Notes: generated by a model from the sequence alone, not told the origin. DNA of 63,737 bases, filler included, from a bacterium (GCA_041690355.1; 3 parts of 3 records of this genome joined end to end with filler, not necessarily neighbours in it); one strand, 5' to 3'. Shown: positions 1 through 12,063, counted from the whole stretch's first letter. Program-made: numbers and translations.

Positions 1-11
1 CACGGACGCAG

Positions 12-140
12 GCCCCGCGCGGGTTGGAGGAGGAGGGGGAAGAGTAATCGCTCTCGGAATCTCCCCTTCTCCCTCCAACCGGTACGCCGAGCGGACTGCG
101 TATGGAGGGAGAAGGGGATGGGGGAAGTGGGTGGCACACG
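12..140. repeat. REP-like palindromic repeat (CTCCCCTTCTCCC...GGGAGAAGGGGA hairpin), copy 1
   Basis: Near-identical to ~25873-26003 (gccccgcgcggg...ggaggagggg...ctccccttctccc tccaaccggt...cgtatggagggagaaggggatgggggaagtgggtggcac). Both copies lie close to the start of a sequence segment. Confidence 0.75.
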
Positions 141-193
141 CGCCCGCGGGCGTACTAAAATGTGCCAATCGATTTCTTTCGGAGGCGCTCGCC

Positions 194-2800
<2,607 letters not shown>

Positions 2801-2925
2801 TTGACGATTTACAATTTACGATTGACGATTTATCCGAGTGACGAGTTACGAGTGACGAGTGACGAATTCCAGGGCATGAAGCCAATTGCAGGTTCTTGCT
2901 GACTTGGCGCTCAGCGCTTGGCGCT
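2801..2925. repeat. Heptamer tandem arrays (TTGACGA/TTTACGA, GTGACGA, GCGCTTG)
   Basis: ttgacgatttacaatttacgattgacgatt, gtgacgagttacgagtgacgagtgacga and ttggcgctcagcgcttggcgct lie directly after the acs stop. Confidence 0.8.
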
Positions 2926-2957
2926 TTATCGTGCACTGATGATTGGGTATTCACGGA

Positions 2958-3596
2958 ATGGCGTACGTAGTCGAAACTTTCCCCGTCGGTCCCTTCCAGT
3001 GCAACTGCACGATTCTCGGCGATCCCGCGACCGGCGAGGCGCTGGTGGTGGATCCCGGCGATGAACTTGATCGCATCCTGGCGCGCCTGGCGCACCACGG
3101 GCTCGCGAAGGTGAAGGCCATCGTGCACACGCACGCGCATCTGGACCACATCGGCTCCTCGGCCGATCTGCGCGCGAAGACCGAGGCGCCGCTCATGCTG
3201 CACGCGGGAGATGATTTTCTCTGGCAGGCGGTCGACATGCAGGCGATGATGCTCAACCTGCGCCGCCCCAATTCCGCGCCCGTGGATGCGCCGCTCAACG
3301 ACGGCCACACGCTGCACTTCGGGAATGCCGAGGGCGAAGTCCTGCATACCCCGGGGCACACGCCGGGAAGCGTCTGCTTTCACTTCCCGGTTCTCGACAA
3401 GCTGCTCATCAGCGGCGACACGCTGTTCATGGGCTCCATCGGCCGCACCGATCTGCCGGGGGGCGACTACGGGCAGATCATGCGCTCCATTCATGACCGC
3501 CTGCTGACGCTTGACGACGAGACCCGCGTCATCCCCGGCCACGGCCCGATGACGACCATCGGCCGCGAGAAGATGATCAACCCGTTTCTGCGGTGA
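2958..3596 (+). CDS. MBL-fold metallo-hydrolase (glyoxalase II/YcbL-like)
   Basis: HTHAHLDH metal motif, HTPGHTPGS, SGDTLFMGSIGRTDLPGG, PGHGPMTTIGREK..NPFL. Confidence 0.92.
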   Translation: MAYVVETFPVGPFQCNCTILGDPATGEALVVDPGDELDRILARLAHHGLAKVKAIVHTHAHLDHIGSSADLRAKTEAPLMLHAGDDFLWQAVDMQAMMLNLRRPNSAPVDAPLNDGHTLHFGNAEGEVLHTPGHTPGSVCFHFPVLDKLLISGDTLFMGSIGRTDLPGGDYGQIMRSIHDRLLTLDDETRVIPGHGPMTTIGREKMINPFLR

Positions 3597-3789
3597 CCTC
3601 CCGTTCTGCGGGATTCTCATCCCGAGGGCCCGGCCCCCCACCGCGTGATGGCGGTGCACAAGACTCCCCCGAACGGGGGAGTGGGCAATCGGTTGCTTCG
3701 ATTTCGGCACGTAACGGTATGGGCGGCTTGCTTCGTGCCGGATTCCAGAGCTGAGTGCGAGCGGTCCTCTCGTCAGCCTGGGGGTTTCG

Positions 3790-4004
3790 ATCCCGGAGGA
3801 ATGATCCTCCGTAGCCCGGGACGGCAGTCCCGGGATAAGGGAGGTCCGTGGTGTTTTCCCAGGGCGCGGGAGCGCCGGCACGGCGCGAGCGAGTCGTCCT
3901 TCGACCGCCGCCCGCCACCTCATCCACAAGGGAGGAGGAAATGGATCGCGTCAGGTGCCCGGTCCTCCGCCCTTGCTTCTCATCGGCCATTGACCATTGA
4001 TCAT
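3790..4004. repeat. REP-like unit A1 (CCCGGGAC-GGCA-GTCCCGGG hairpin) plus CCATTGA heptamer tail
   Basis: 3790-3903 matches 5381-5493 in direct orientation; both are followed by ggccattgacca.. arrays (3985-4004 and 5532-5558). Confidence 0.85.
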
Positions 4005-4026
4005 CCGGCATTACCGCGCTGGCGGG

Positions 4027-4917
4027 TTACGCAGCAGCGACCACGGCAGCGCGATAGGAGGCCTGCAGCGGAATGAACGCCTTCGCGCGCAGCTCTTCGG
4101 GCAGGTCGTCGAACGTGAAGTTCTGCGCCGTCTTCGCGATGGCGTCAATGTCGTAGAGCAGGGGGATGCACGGGTTGTCCTTCATCATCTCCTTGCCCAT
4201 GAGCGGAATCAGCTGCCGCGCGATCCACAGGCGCACCGGCCCGAGCTTGCTCTGCGCGAAGGCCACGTGGCCGACCTCGTCGAGAATGATCTGCTCGAGG
4301 AACCAGACGATGCGGCGCGCGGCCGGCGTCTCGGTACCGAAGAACTTCTTCGCCGACTTCCACAGTTCCACGAAGACGAGCACGGCCACCGTCTCGGCGA
4401 TGAGGATGAAGGGGAAGCTGAAGGCCTTCGGCAGCTTCGCGAGCATCATGACGATCCACTTCGTAATCCCCGTCGGATTCTGAATCTTAAGATCGATCCC
4501 GAGCACCTTGAGCGCGTCGGCGAGCATGTGAGTGTGGTAGAACTCTTCCATCTCGAGGTAGGTGACGGGGTTGTCGAGATCGGGCTCGCTGGTCCGGTAG
4601 CGCTGGATTCCCAGCTCGACCCCGTACTTCTCGCCGGCATTGATGCGGCCGAGAATGGCCATCCACGCGGCCAGCGGCGTGCTGTCGGGGGTGGCGTTAC
4701 GGCCGTTGCTGTCGTAAAGGTCCCAGAACTCCTCCGTGGGCACCGGGCCGTCCCAGGTCTGCGGGTCGGCTCGGTACGCGTCGTAGACCTTCTCGCGGTT
4801 CTCGAGCGTGCAGTCGACGACGTTGGGCAGACCGTCGCGTTCTTTCAGATAGGAAAGGTAGGCGTCCTGCTGAATTCTGCGCTGTTCCGGCGAAAGGGCT
4901 TCGAAAATGGTGGCCAT
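4027..4917 (-). CDS. Ferritin-like (diiron carboxylate) domain protein
   Basis: E...EEFYH...E...DEVGH pattern typical of four-helix diiron proteins; GGAGG SD upstream; host-like codon usage. Confidence 0.7.
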   Translation of the reverse strand: MATIFEALSPEQRRIQQDAYLSYLKERDGLPNVVDCTLENREKVYDAYRADPQTWDGPVPTEEFWDLYDSNGRNATPDSTPLAAWMAILGRINAGEKYGVELGIQRYRTSEPDLDNPVTYLEMEEFYHTHMLADALKVLGIDLKIQNPTGITKWIVMMLAKLPKAFSFPFILIAETVAVLVFVELWKSAKKFFGTETPAARRIVWFLEQIILDEVGHVAFAQSKLGPVRLWIARQLIPLMGKEMMKDNPCIPLLYDIDAIAKTAQNFTFDDLPEELRAKAFIPLQASYRAAVVAAA

Positions 4918-5039
4918 GGGGTCCTCCCTGAATGGGTCCGAGCTTATTTACTGTTTGGTAAAGATTTAACCGTTCGGTAAAACAATAGACCAGGCAGGGG
5001 GTGGGTGTCAAGGGGGAAATCAATTTTCGGCAGTCCCTT

Positions 5040-5107
5040 CCGTTCGCCCCGAGCTGACGGACCGAAGCGGAGTGGAGGTCGACAGCGAGGGGTCGCGCAT
5101 GGTTACC
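5040..5107 (-). repeat. Diverged, inverted partial copy of the 129-bp TIR element found at 19448-19918
   Basis: ccgttcgccccgagctgacgg...gtggag..cgacagcgaggg..cgc.catgg.tacc aligns with the reverse complement of the element's right half. Confidence 0.7.
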
Positions 5108-5380
5108 AGTTCCCTCCCCGAGCTGACGGCACAGGCAGCGACCTCCCGCCCTGAGCCGACGGCGCCGCCCAGCGGAAGGCGCGACACCGTGAGGGCGTCC
5201 TTCCGGCCACCACCTCCTCTGGGACCGCCCGGGCGGACCCAGTCCTCCTCCTCCAACGAGGAGGAGGAGCATCGGAACCGCGGATCACGAGGCGGCCACA
5301 CGCGGACGACGGATCCCCAACGATTGGACACCGCGAGCCCACGAACCTTGTGCGCCTTGCTTCCGTGCCGCAGGAATCTC

Positions 5381-5558
5381 ATCCCGGAGGGATGATCCTC
5401 CTTAGCCCGGGACGGCAGTCCCGGGTTACGGAACGAGCGAAGCGTTTCCCAGGGCTCGGGAGCGCCGGCACGGCGCGAGCGAGTCGTCCTTCGCAGACCA
5501 CGGCGTCCATGCAGTGCGGCATCACCCAATTGGCCATTGACCATCGACCATTGATCAT
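5381..5558. repeat. REP-like unit A2 plus CCATTGA heptamer tail
   Basis: Direct copy of 3790-4004. Confidence 0.85.
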
Positions 5559-5598
5559 TCGCGCAGCGCCGTCCGGATACCCCCCCTACCCCTCGCGT

Positions 5599-5616
5599 TG
5601 TGCAATTAATTGCACA
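5599..5616. promoter_or_regulatory. Perfect 18-bp AT-rich palindrome TGTGCAATTAATTGCACA (possible protein-binding site)
   Basis: The sequence equals its own reverse complement and sits at the left edge of the lower-GC gene block. Confidence 0.4.
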
Positions 5617-5804
5617 CTTGGAAGCGGTTGAAATCCTTGGAATACAGGGGGTCAAATTAACGCAGGACGCGCTGCGTCAAGAAGGGTGAGGGCGATGAGC
5701 GCCGTGCGCATGCAGGGCTCGGAATCTGTCGCAATGCTGTATTGCCGTGCGTGCCATCGGCTGGGTATAGTGTTTGCGCCGAGGCCGCTTCCTCCCAGTA
5801 CGGC

Positions 5805-5993
5805 ATGCGGATGCTTTCTTTCTTCCGGCGGATTCTTATGCTCCTGCTCCTGCACGCTGCGTCAGGGTGCATACCCATGCAAGGCGATCCGCTTTATGCT
5901 TGCCTTGAAAGCTGCGGAAACGAAGAGATGTGCATTCAGCAATGCCGCCAACTCTATCCGCCGAGTGTGAGTCACGTCCGCCCAGCGCCATGA
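5805..5993 (+). CDS. Small Cys-rich putative lipoprotein
   Basis: MRMLSFFRRILMLLLLHAASGC lipobox-like signal, then Cx3Cx5Cx3C. Confidence 0.5.
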   Translation: MRMLSFFRRILMLLLLHAASGCIPMQGDPLYACLESCGNEEMCIQQCRQLYPPSVSHVRPAP

Positions 5994-6069
5994 ATGTGGA
6001 CGGGGATGCACGCACTCTGACCGCCCGGAAGCTGACGGGTCCTGGCCACCAATCCTTCAGGAACATACC

Positions 6070-6927
6070 GTGCTCACCCTCACATCGATTCTCGTTCTCA
6101 CTCTCTCTTCTGTTCCTTCGAAAGACCGGTGTTCGGTCTTCGAGTCACAGCCAGAACCTCCGATGCGAATATCCGCTGTCGAGAAAGCTGCTGTCGACTT
6201 CGGCGCAGCGTGTATTCCCCTATTGGAGAAACGACTTGCCTCTGGCCGAGCGGACTCACATGCTGCATTCGCACTGGCCCTGGTTGGATCCGACGAGGCT
6301 TTGGCGGTTTTGAAGAAGCACGCGCAGAAAAACGAGGAAGCCATCCGCATGGCATATGCATTTGCGCTTGCACGTCGTGGCAGCACCCGGGACATCGAGT
6401 GGCTGACCGCAACGGTGAAGCAAGAGAAAGATTCGCTCGAGTGGGGCCCGCGAATGAACGCGATCTATTCTCTGGGGGTACTGCGGCACCGGGGAGCACG
6501 CGAGCTGCTACAACGAATCGAACGGGAGGAACGAGGAACCTTCTCCGGTGAGGCTGCTACCTACGCCCTGAAACTCTTAGAAACTCCTTGTGAGGGGCAG
6601 GGAAAAAGCACCGAAGAAACGCTCAAACGCCTCGTATTGGGATGTGTGGGTCCAAGAATGCGTGAGAGCCCGCAGTTTGTTGAGGAGTCTAAGATGCGGG
6701 TCTGGACACGGCAAGGGGACGAATGGGAAACACGACCAGTCACCGGAGAGACCAAAAAACTCCCATCCATCGCCTTCGAACACTACCTCTCCCCCAATAT
6801 GGCGGTGGCCCTTGTGGATATGAGCGTCTACTTTGGCCCGCTCAACGCACAGGGATACCGGTTTGTGTTCGTAAAGAAGGGCGGGAAGTGGATCCTGTCA
6901 GGCCTGACCTTCACCTGGGTTTCTTGA
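6070..6927 (+). CDS. HEAT-repeat-like secreted hypothetical protein
   Basis: Hydrophobic N-terminus; AAFALALVG, AYAFALARRG and AIYSLGVL helical repeats; lower GC than the flanks. Confidence 0.6.
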   Translation: MLTLTSILVLTLSSVPSKDRCSVFESQPEPPMRISAVEKAAVDFGAACIPLLEKRLASGRADSHAAFALALVGSDEALAVLKKHAQKNEEAIRMAYAFALARRGSTRDIEWLTATVKQEKDSLEWGPRMNAIYSLGVLRHRGARELLQRIEREERGTFSGEAATYALKLLETPCEGQGKSTEETLKRLVLGCVGPRMRESPQFVEESKMRVWTRQGDEWETRPVTGETKKLPSIAFEHYLSPNMAVALVDMSVYFGPLNAQGYRFVFVKKGGKWILSGLTFTWVS

Positions 6928-6945
6928 TAGCTTACCTAGACTCAT

Positions 6946-7401
6946 ATGCGCATCCTCACGCCGCTCAGCATCCGCTTTCAAAGCGAGCTCCCAGATCAGG
7001 AATACATGTCCGCTCTGGTCCGTGCACTCGAAGCCCGTGGGGTCACAGATATCATGGTCGAGCCCGACGTCAGGGTGTTCTTTACCTGTCGTCAGTTCCG
7101 CCTCATCGGTTTTCCATTCTGGGAGCGCGTCCATGTTCAGGTCGTCAGGGAAGGCACGATGACGGAGTTCACCCTTCGCTTTCCTGGCTACAACGTATTT
7201 TCATTCACGCTCATGGTGGCGGCCGGCGCAGTCATGGTCGGTTCAGCCATCCAGACTCGAAACCCAAGCCCCCTGATAGCATTGCCGGTTCTGTTTGCCG
7301 CACCCTATATTGGACTGCTCGGATACGCGGCGCCAAGACTGAAGAAGTTGAAGCGTTTCCTGCTTACGGTTGGGCCTGAGGCAAGGACGGCGCGGAACTA
7401 A
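6946..7401 (+). CDS. Hypothetical membrane protein (two C-terminal TM segments)
   Basis: 151-aa ORF 18 nt after the previous stop, with two hydrophobic stretches. Confidence 0.6.
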   Translation: MRILTPLSIRFQSELPDQEYMSALVRALEARGVTDIMVEPDVRVFFTCRQFRLIGFPFWERVHVQVVREGTMTEFTLRFPGYNVFSFTLMVAAGAVMVGSAIQTRNPSPLIALPVLFAAPYIGLLGYAAPRLKKLKRFLLTVGPEARTARN

Positions 7402-7541
7402 GCATTGATACGCTATCGTTTTGTCTCCTCGTTGTTCCGAGGTTTCTCCGTTGAGTCGACGGACCAGTTTGTGACCCAGACTGCACTGAGATATAACGAA
7501 TTCAACAACGCCATCTCCCCTGGTTCCGTCCTGGAGGACGC

Positions 7542-7922
7542 ATCAAAAAGCTTGGCCTTCTGTTCCTGGTACTCTCTGGATGGGTTGCGACACCCGAGGT
7601 CGTTGCCAACAACACCGTGCCGAAAGAGGAATGGATTTCCCAGATGAAGGATGCCTTGCCGGCCGCCTTCTGCAAAAACGGCACGTATTTCAGGCAGTGT
7701 TTCGAAGTTACGGCTGAAGATTGCCACAAAGAGGCCCGAGAGGGGACTGAATCCTGCCTCCTTCAGCTGAAGTCCGAGATCCCCGATCAGCTGTCGCAAC
7801 CGCATGACGGCCGAAAGTGGGGCGAAAGGGTCGGCACCTGTGCGGGGACCCTGTACGAACAAGGTCTGGCCGACAAACGCATCAGCAGTGCCGCCTGCAA
7901 CAACCCGGACAGCTGGCGTTGA
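7542..7922 (+). CDS. Secreted Cys-rich hypothetical protein (possible ATC start; first canonical start GTG7617)
   Basis: GGAGGA at 7533-7538, then in-frame ATC AAA AAG CTT... giving IKKLGLLFLVLSGWVATPEVVA (signal-peptide-like) ahead of a 6-Cys mature region. Confidence 0.55.
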   Translation: MKKLGLLFLVLSGWVATPEVVANNTVPKEEWISQMKDALPAAFCKNGTYFRQCFEVTAEDCHKEAREGTESCLLQLKSEIPDQLSQPHDGRKWGERVGTCAGTLYEQGLADKRISSAACNNPDSWR

Positions 7923-7933
7923 GGCTCAGACGA

Positions 7934-8281
7934 ATGGAAATCTTCTCCATCCTCCTCCTTGCCAGTATCCCCCTGATCCTCCCGTTGGCGATGACCGTCT
8001 ACCTGCTCAGCCGCAGGGGAAAGGATGACGCCAACGAGGGGAATCTCTTCTTCGATGCCAAGGCAATGCAGATCGGATTCGGCGTGCCGGGGAGCATCAG
8101 CCTGCTGCTGCTCCTGCTGCACGGGGTGGATGTGATTCGACTGCCCGAAATGGTCCTGATCCTGTGTGTCGGCATTCTCGGATTCTCTGTCCTGGTGAAC
8201 ACATACATGGTTCCCGTCGCACGCTGGCGCAGAATGCATCGTGCGGATCAGAACGATGACGACCGGAACCGAAAGCGCTGA
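7934..8281 (+). CDS. Hypothetical membrane protein (three TM segments)
   Basis: GAGG before ATG7934; three hydrophobic segments. Confidence 0.55.
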   Translation: MEIFSILLLASIPLILPLAMTVYLLSRRGKDDANEGNLFFDAKAMQIGFGVPGSISLLLLLLHGVDVIRLPEMVLILCVGILGFSVLVNTYMVPVARWRRMHRADQNDDDRNRKR

Positions 8282-8330
8282 TTCGGCCGTTCTTCTCTGT
8301 CATCGGCCATCTGCAATCTGCCATTCGCGG

Positions 8331-11300
8331 TTATTCCCACCAATCCAACGCCACCCTGAACCGCTCCCCCACATTGATGTGGTAGCGAAACCCCGCATTG
8401 TAGTCGGCGTAGTCGGCCACCCCCGCAATGAGCGGAACCTTGCCCACCCGGAATTCCGCGTTGGGTCCCTTGGTGGAAGCGGATTCGATCAGGTACGTGC
8501 TGTCGCGGTAATCGGTGTAGAGACCGAGAGGAACCTCGATGTCGGCCCAGCGGCCGCTTACGAGCGCGGGATCCACGTTCATGCGTGCGCGAAAGCTGCT
8601 CGCGCCATCGGACTCCTGCACCTGGCTCACCTCGCCGACATAGGCGGGAATCCGGTTCGCGAGAATCGACTGCCCGCCGAACGCGAGCGCGCTCCCCTCG
8701 CCGATCCAGCCGAAGAGGCGCGCGCCATTCGCGGCCGAACCGTGCACGGCGAAGCGCCCGGTCCACGAGAGCGGGCCGAAGCTGCGCGGAACCTGGGTGC
8801 CCGCTTCGTCGATCCCCACGTGATAGGTGCGCCCGTCGGCCAGCCGGATCTCCACGGCCGAGAGGACCATGCCGCCGGCGATCGACGCGTGCAGCGGGAT
8901 GACCTCCGCGATCTGCGGCGTATCCAGTGACGGTTCCCAGACGTTGACCAGGGCAGAACCGGCGGCGCCGTTCTGCCCGCGCAGGATCAGGTAGCGCACG
9001 GTCTCGCCCGCGGGCATGCGGCCGTTCGCCGTCGCCGCCTGATCGAAGACGCCCACGGGAATCGTCCACAGCGTGAGCGTGGCGTTCGAGGCGGTCCGCT
9101 GCGACCAATCGAACTGGTTCCACTGCACGCGGAACGTCGCGGGGACCGTCGCGGTGTAGTCCGCATCCGCGAGAAACTGGAAGCCCGATCCGCGGTACAG
9201 CCAGGCATACGCTTCCACACACGCACGATCGGCGCGGCAGGCCGCATCCACTTCGTCGAAGTCATAACCCGACTCGTAGGCAACGGGATACCCGGCATCC
9301 GCCCCGGCATAGGTCTGCGCCTGCGTGCTCAGCGAGATACCCTGCGGAACGATCGTGTCGCCGCCGCCGTGGTAGCTGTAGTGGTGCGTGCCGCCCCCGA
9401 AAGCACTCGAGACCTCGACGACGAAAAACTTCCCGTTGCCTGTTTCGATGCGGAAGACCGTGCGCCGCAGCTTTGCGTCGGGGAGCATGGCCGGCCACTC
9501 GTACACCCCGGGATAAGCCGTGCGGCTCTCGAGCTCGAACAGCGCCACCGGACTTCCGGGCGTGTCGAAGAAGGTCTTGATGTCGCTCGCCCAGATGCTG
9601 TGCGACTGGCGCGTGCGATCGACGATCAGCGTATTGTGGCTCGCCGTGTGGCTCTCCCATCCGAAATAGCGCCAGCCGTACCCGGACGGGGAGCCGAGCG
9701 TCGGCATGAAGTCGAGGCCGGCATACTGGATGCCGAAGTCGAGCTGATCGTGATGGGCGTGGTTGCCGAAGCCGCGCAGGGGCGACTGGCTGCGCCCGAA
9801 GTATCCCCAGACGCTGTGTTCCGATGCGGCAGGTCCGCTGCGCAACTGCGCGAAGCCGAAACCGGGCAGGTTTTCGCGAAGGGGCGGAACCAGCGGTTCC
9901 TTGCGCAGATCGCGGGTCAGGCTGCGCTGTACCGCATAGGGATCGTCGTCCCAGACGCTCGTGTGCAATCCATGGATCGTTCCGCCGTTGGCCTCGCGGG
10001 CCTGCACGGCGAGATCGGGATCCGGCCCGAACCGTTCGTAGGCGACCGTCAGGTGATCGGCCGTGGGGAGCGGAAGCCGCTCGGCCCGTCCGGTGCGCCC
10101 GTCGTCGCCGAGGTGCACGTAGAAATCGGGAATCGTTTCCAGGTTCCGCATATAGGCGAAGTGCCGCGCCAGGCGGAACCGCATGCGCCGCCACTCGCGG
10201 AAAGCGATGGAGTACGACCCGCTGAGGGCGAACTGGTTGCGCGCATACAGCTCGAGCGTCTGCCCGGTGTCGAGATGGTATTCGTACCCGTAGGAAACGT
10301 AGGTCGCGGCCACCTCGTCGCTGCCGCCGTCGCGGTCGATGCTGTTGAAGAACATTTCGGGCAGGCGTCCGCCCTGCGGCGAAAAGACCCAGTCGAGCAT
10401 GGCCTGCGAATCCGCGCCGGCATCGAGCACGAGGGCGAGGTGCAGCATCAGGTCGTGGGGCAGGGTCGCATTCCCCCAGATGAGTTTCGTCCGGACGAGC
10501 GGGACGGCCGCGAAGAACAGGTCACGCTCGATCCGCAAACGCAACTCCGCGGCCGTAGCGCCCGCGAAGCCCTGCAGTTCGGCATCGTCGAAGAAACGGT
10601 AGACGATGTCGTAGGCGCGGATGAGATTGAAGAGGGCGATGCCGTCGGACATGCGCCCGAGCCAGACCCCCTGGCCGCCGTCGAGAAAGCCGCCGAGGCC
10701 GGGCTCGCGCCGCAGGTGCTCTTCGTACCAGCCGTCCGATCCGCCGAACGATTCCGCCAGCGCATCGAGCAGCACGGCGACGCGCAGGGCGGCCTGGCGA
10801 CCGCGATCGGAGCCGTCGAAGACCGAGAGCATGGCGCCGCTCCACGCCAGGCTGCGCCCGTCGAGCGGATTGCCGAGATCGAGGCGCGTCATGTTCTTGA
10901 TCAGGGTGTAGACGTAGTAGGCGACGAAGTAATAGCGGCGGCCGTCGTAGGTGGCGCCGTAGCCGCAGTCGTGGTGCGGGTTTGCCGGGTCGCAGAACGT
11001 CGTGTCGGCGGGCGGATACTGATAGGCGCCGTCGCTCGCACGGTTCTCCGTGTAGTGGGCGTCGAAGTCGTTCTCGGGATACCAGAGGTCGGGCGTGCCG
11101 TCGTCGGTATCCATGCACTTGACCTTGAACCGATGCCAGTCGGGGTTCACATACCAGCCGCGCAACGGTTTTCCGTTCGGACACAGTCCGCTCCACGCGG
11201 GGGCCTTGGCGCGCGGCAGGCTCGCGTGCGGCACGAGGGCGCGGACGTCGGCGAGCGATCGGTCGAGCCACTCCTGCATGTATCCGGCGTGCGAGGGGTA

Positions 11301-11438
11301 GTCGCTCCACGGTTCCCCGGCGTGCGCGCGCGCATTCGCCTGGCGGCGATCCGTATAGACGGTGGAACCTGCTTTGGCCCAGGCGGTTTGAGACGTGAGC
11401 AGAACGGCGAATACGGTCAGGACGATTCGTGCGGACAT
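8331..11438 (-). CDS. Secreted heparinase II/III-like protein (putative polysaccharide lyase)
   Basis: Signal peptide; AGGAG SD; C-terminal-half motifs NHAHHDQLDFGI and HTASHNTLIVD typical of heparinase II/III-like domains. Confidence 0.65.
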   Translation of the reverse strand: MSARIVLTVFAVLLTSQTAWAKAGSTVYTDRRQANARAHAGEPWSDYPSHAGYMQEWLDRSLADVRALVPHASLPRAKAPAWSGLCPNGKPLRGWYVNPDWHRFKVKCMDTDDGTPDLWYPENDFDAHYTENRASDGAYQYPPADTTFCDPANPHHDCGYGATYDGRRYYFVAYYVYTLIKNMTRLDLGNPLDGRSLAWSGAMLSVFDGSDRGRQAALRVAVLLDALAESFGGSDGWYEEHLRREPGLGGFLDGGQGVWLGRMSDGIALFNLIRAYDIVYRFFDDAELQGFAGATAAELRLRIERDLFFAAVPLVRTKLIWGNATLPHDLMLHLALVLDAGADSQAMLDWVFSPQGGRLPEMFFNSIDRDGGSDEVAATYVSYGYEYHLDTGQTLELYARNQFALSGSYSIAFREWRRMRFRLARHFAYMRNLETIPDFYVHLGDDGRTGRAERLPLPTADHLTVAYERFGPDPDLAVQAREANGGTIHGLHTSVWDDDPYAVQRSLTRDLRKEPLVPPLRENLPGFGFAQLRSGPAASEHSVWGYFGRSQSPLRGFGNHAHHDQLDFGIQYAGLDFMPTLGSPSGYGWRYFGWESHTASHNTLIVDRTRQSHSIWASDIKTFFDTPGSPVALFELESRTAYPGVYEWPAMLPDAKLRRTVFRIETGNGKFFVVEVSSAFGGGTHHYSYHGGGDTIVPQGISLSTQAQTYAGADAGYPVAYESGYDFDEVDAACRADRACVEAYAWLYRGSGFQFLADADYTATVPATFRVQWNQFDWSQRTASNATLTLWTIPVGVFDQAATANGRMPAGETVRYLILRGQNGAAGSALVNVWEPSLDTPQIAEVIPLHASIAGGMVLSAVEIRLADGRTYHVGIDEAGTQVPRSFGPLSWTGRFAVHGSAANGARLFGWIGEGSALAFGGQSILANRIPAYVGEVSQVQESDGASSFRARMNVDPALVSGRWADIEVPLGLYTDYRDSTYLIESASTKGPNAEFRVGKVPLIAGVADYADYNAGFRYHINVGERFRVALDWWE

Positions 11439-11661
11439 CGGCTACTCCTTTGGTGCACGGCCAGATTAGCAAAGGAGCGCACGGCTTGCGGGGGCGTGGG
11501 GCGGGGAAGCGAGCGGTCATCGATCACAAGGGCGCTGGTCGCTGGACGCTGGGGAGGCAAGTACCGGAGAAGACACGGGCGCGCGCCCCATCCGGTCGGC
11601 CCGCTCACTCATGCCCTGGGCTGGTGTTTGTGTATCTGAAACAGATTCTTGCGGGCGAAAA

Positions 11662-12063
11662 TTACGCCAATGCCTCTTGAAGCGAGACGGCGATGTGCGG
11701 AAAGGACGCGCGAAGGGGCGCATCCTCCGTCACCAGCATGGTCTCGAGCTGCGCCGCCAGCGCCACGAATTCGCAGTCGTACGCCGAGCGGCCGCTCCTC
11801 GCAGCCAGGGCAAGAACATCGGTGGAGGCGGGTTCATGCTTCAAGCCGAGAAGTAAGGCCTCGGCCTCGGACTGAAAGGCCTGTGCCTTCGCGAGGGTCA
11901 ACATCCCCTTCCGTACGTAGAGAGCAAGGGCGTTCCGACACTCGCTCCGCCAGAGCGGCGGCGCCGTCCAGAGAGGATAGCGCTCGCGAAGGGCTTCGGC
12001 CGCTGCCGTTTTCTCGCCCGGCAGAAGAAGATAAAGAACGACGTTCGTGTCGACGACGATCAC
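11662..12063 (-). CDS. vapC: PIN-domain toxin (VapC family)
   Basis: IVVDTNV, SE, SAYDCEFVALA and LVTED acidic PIN residues; overlaps the antitoxin stop by 4 nt. Confidence 0.9.
   Translation of the reverse strand: MIVVDTNVVLYLLLPGEKTAAAEALRERYPLWTAPPLWRSECRNALALYVRKGMLTLAKAQAFQSEAEALLLGLKHEPASTDVLALAARSGRSAYDCEFVALAAQLETMLVTEDAPLRASFPHIAVSLQEALA

Noticed and set aside
5805-8281. Integron cassette array
   Set aside because: No repeated attC-like RYYYAAC...GTTRRRY elements between the genes and no intI.
9369-11639. Long alternative or antisense ORFs (also 686-2599, 17712-19430, 25921-29142, 41095-43221, 61392-63683)
   Set aside because: Shadow frames of well-supported genes in high-GC DNA, with no recognisable motifs.
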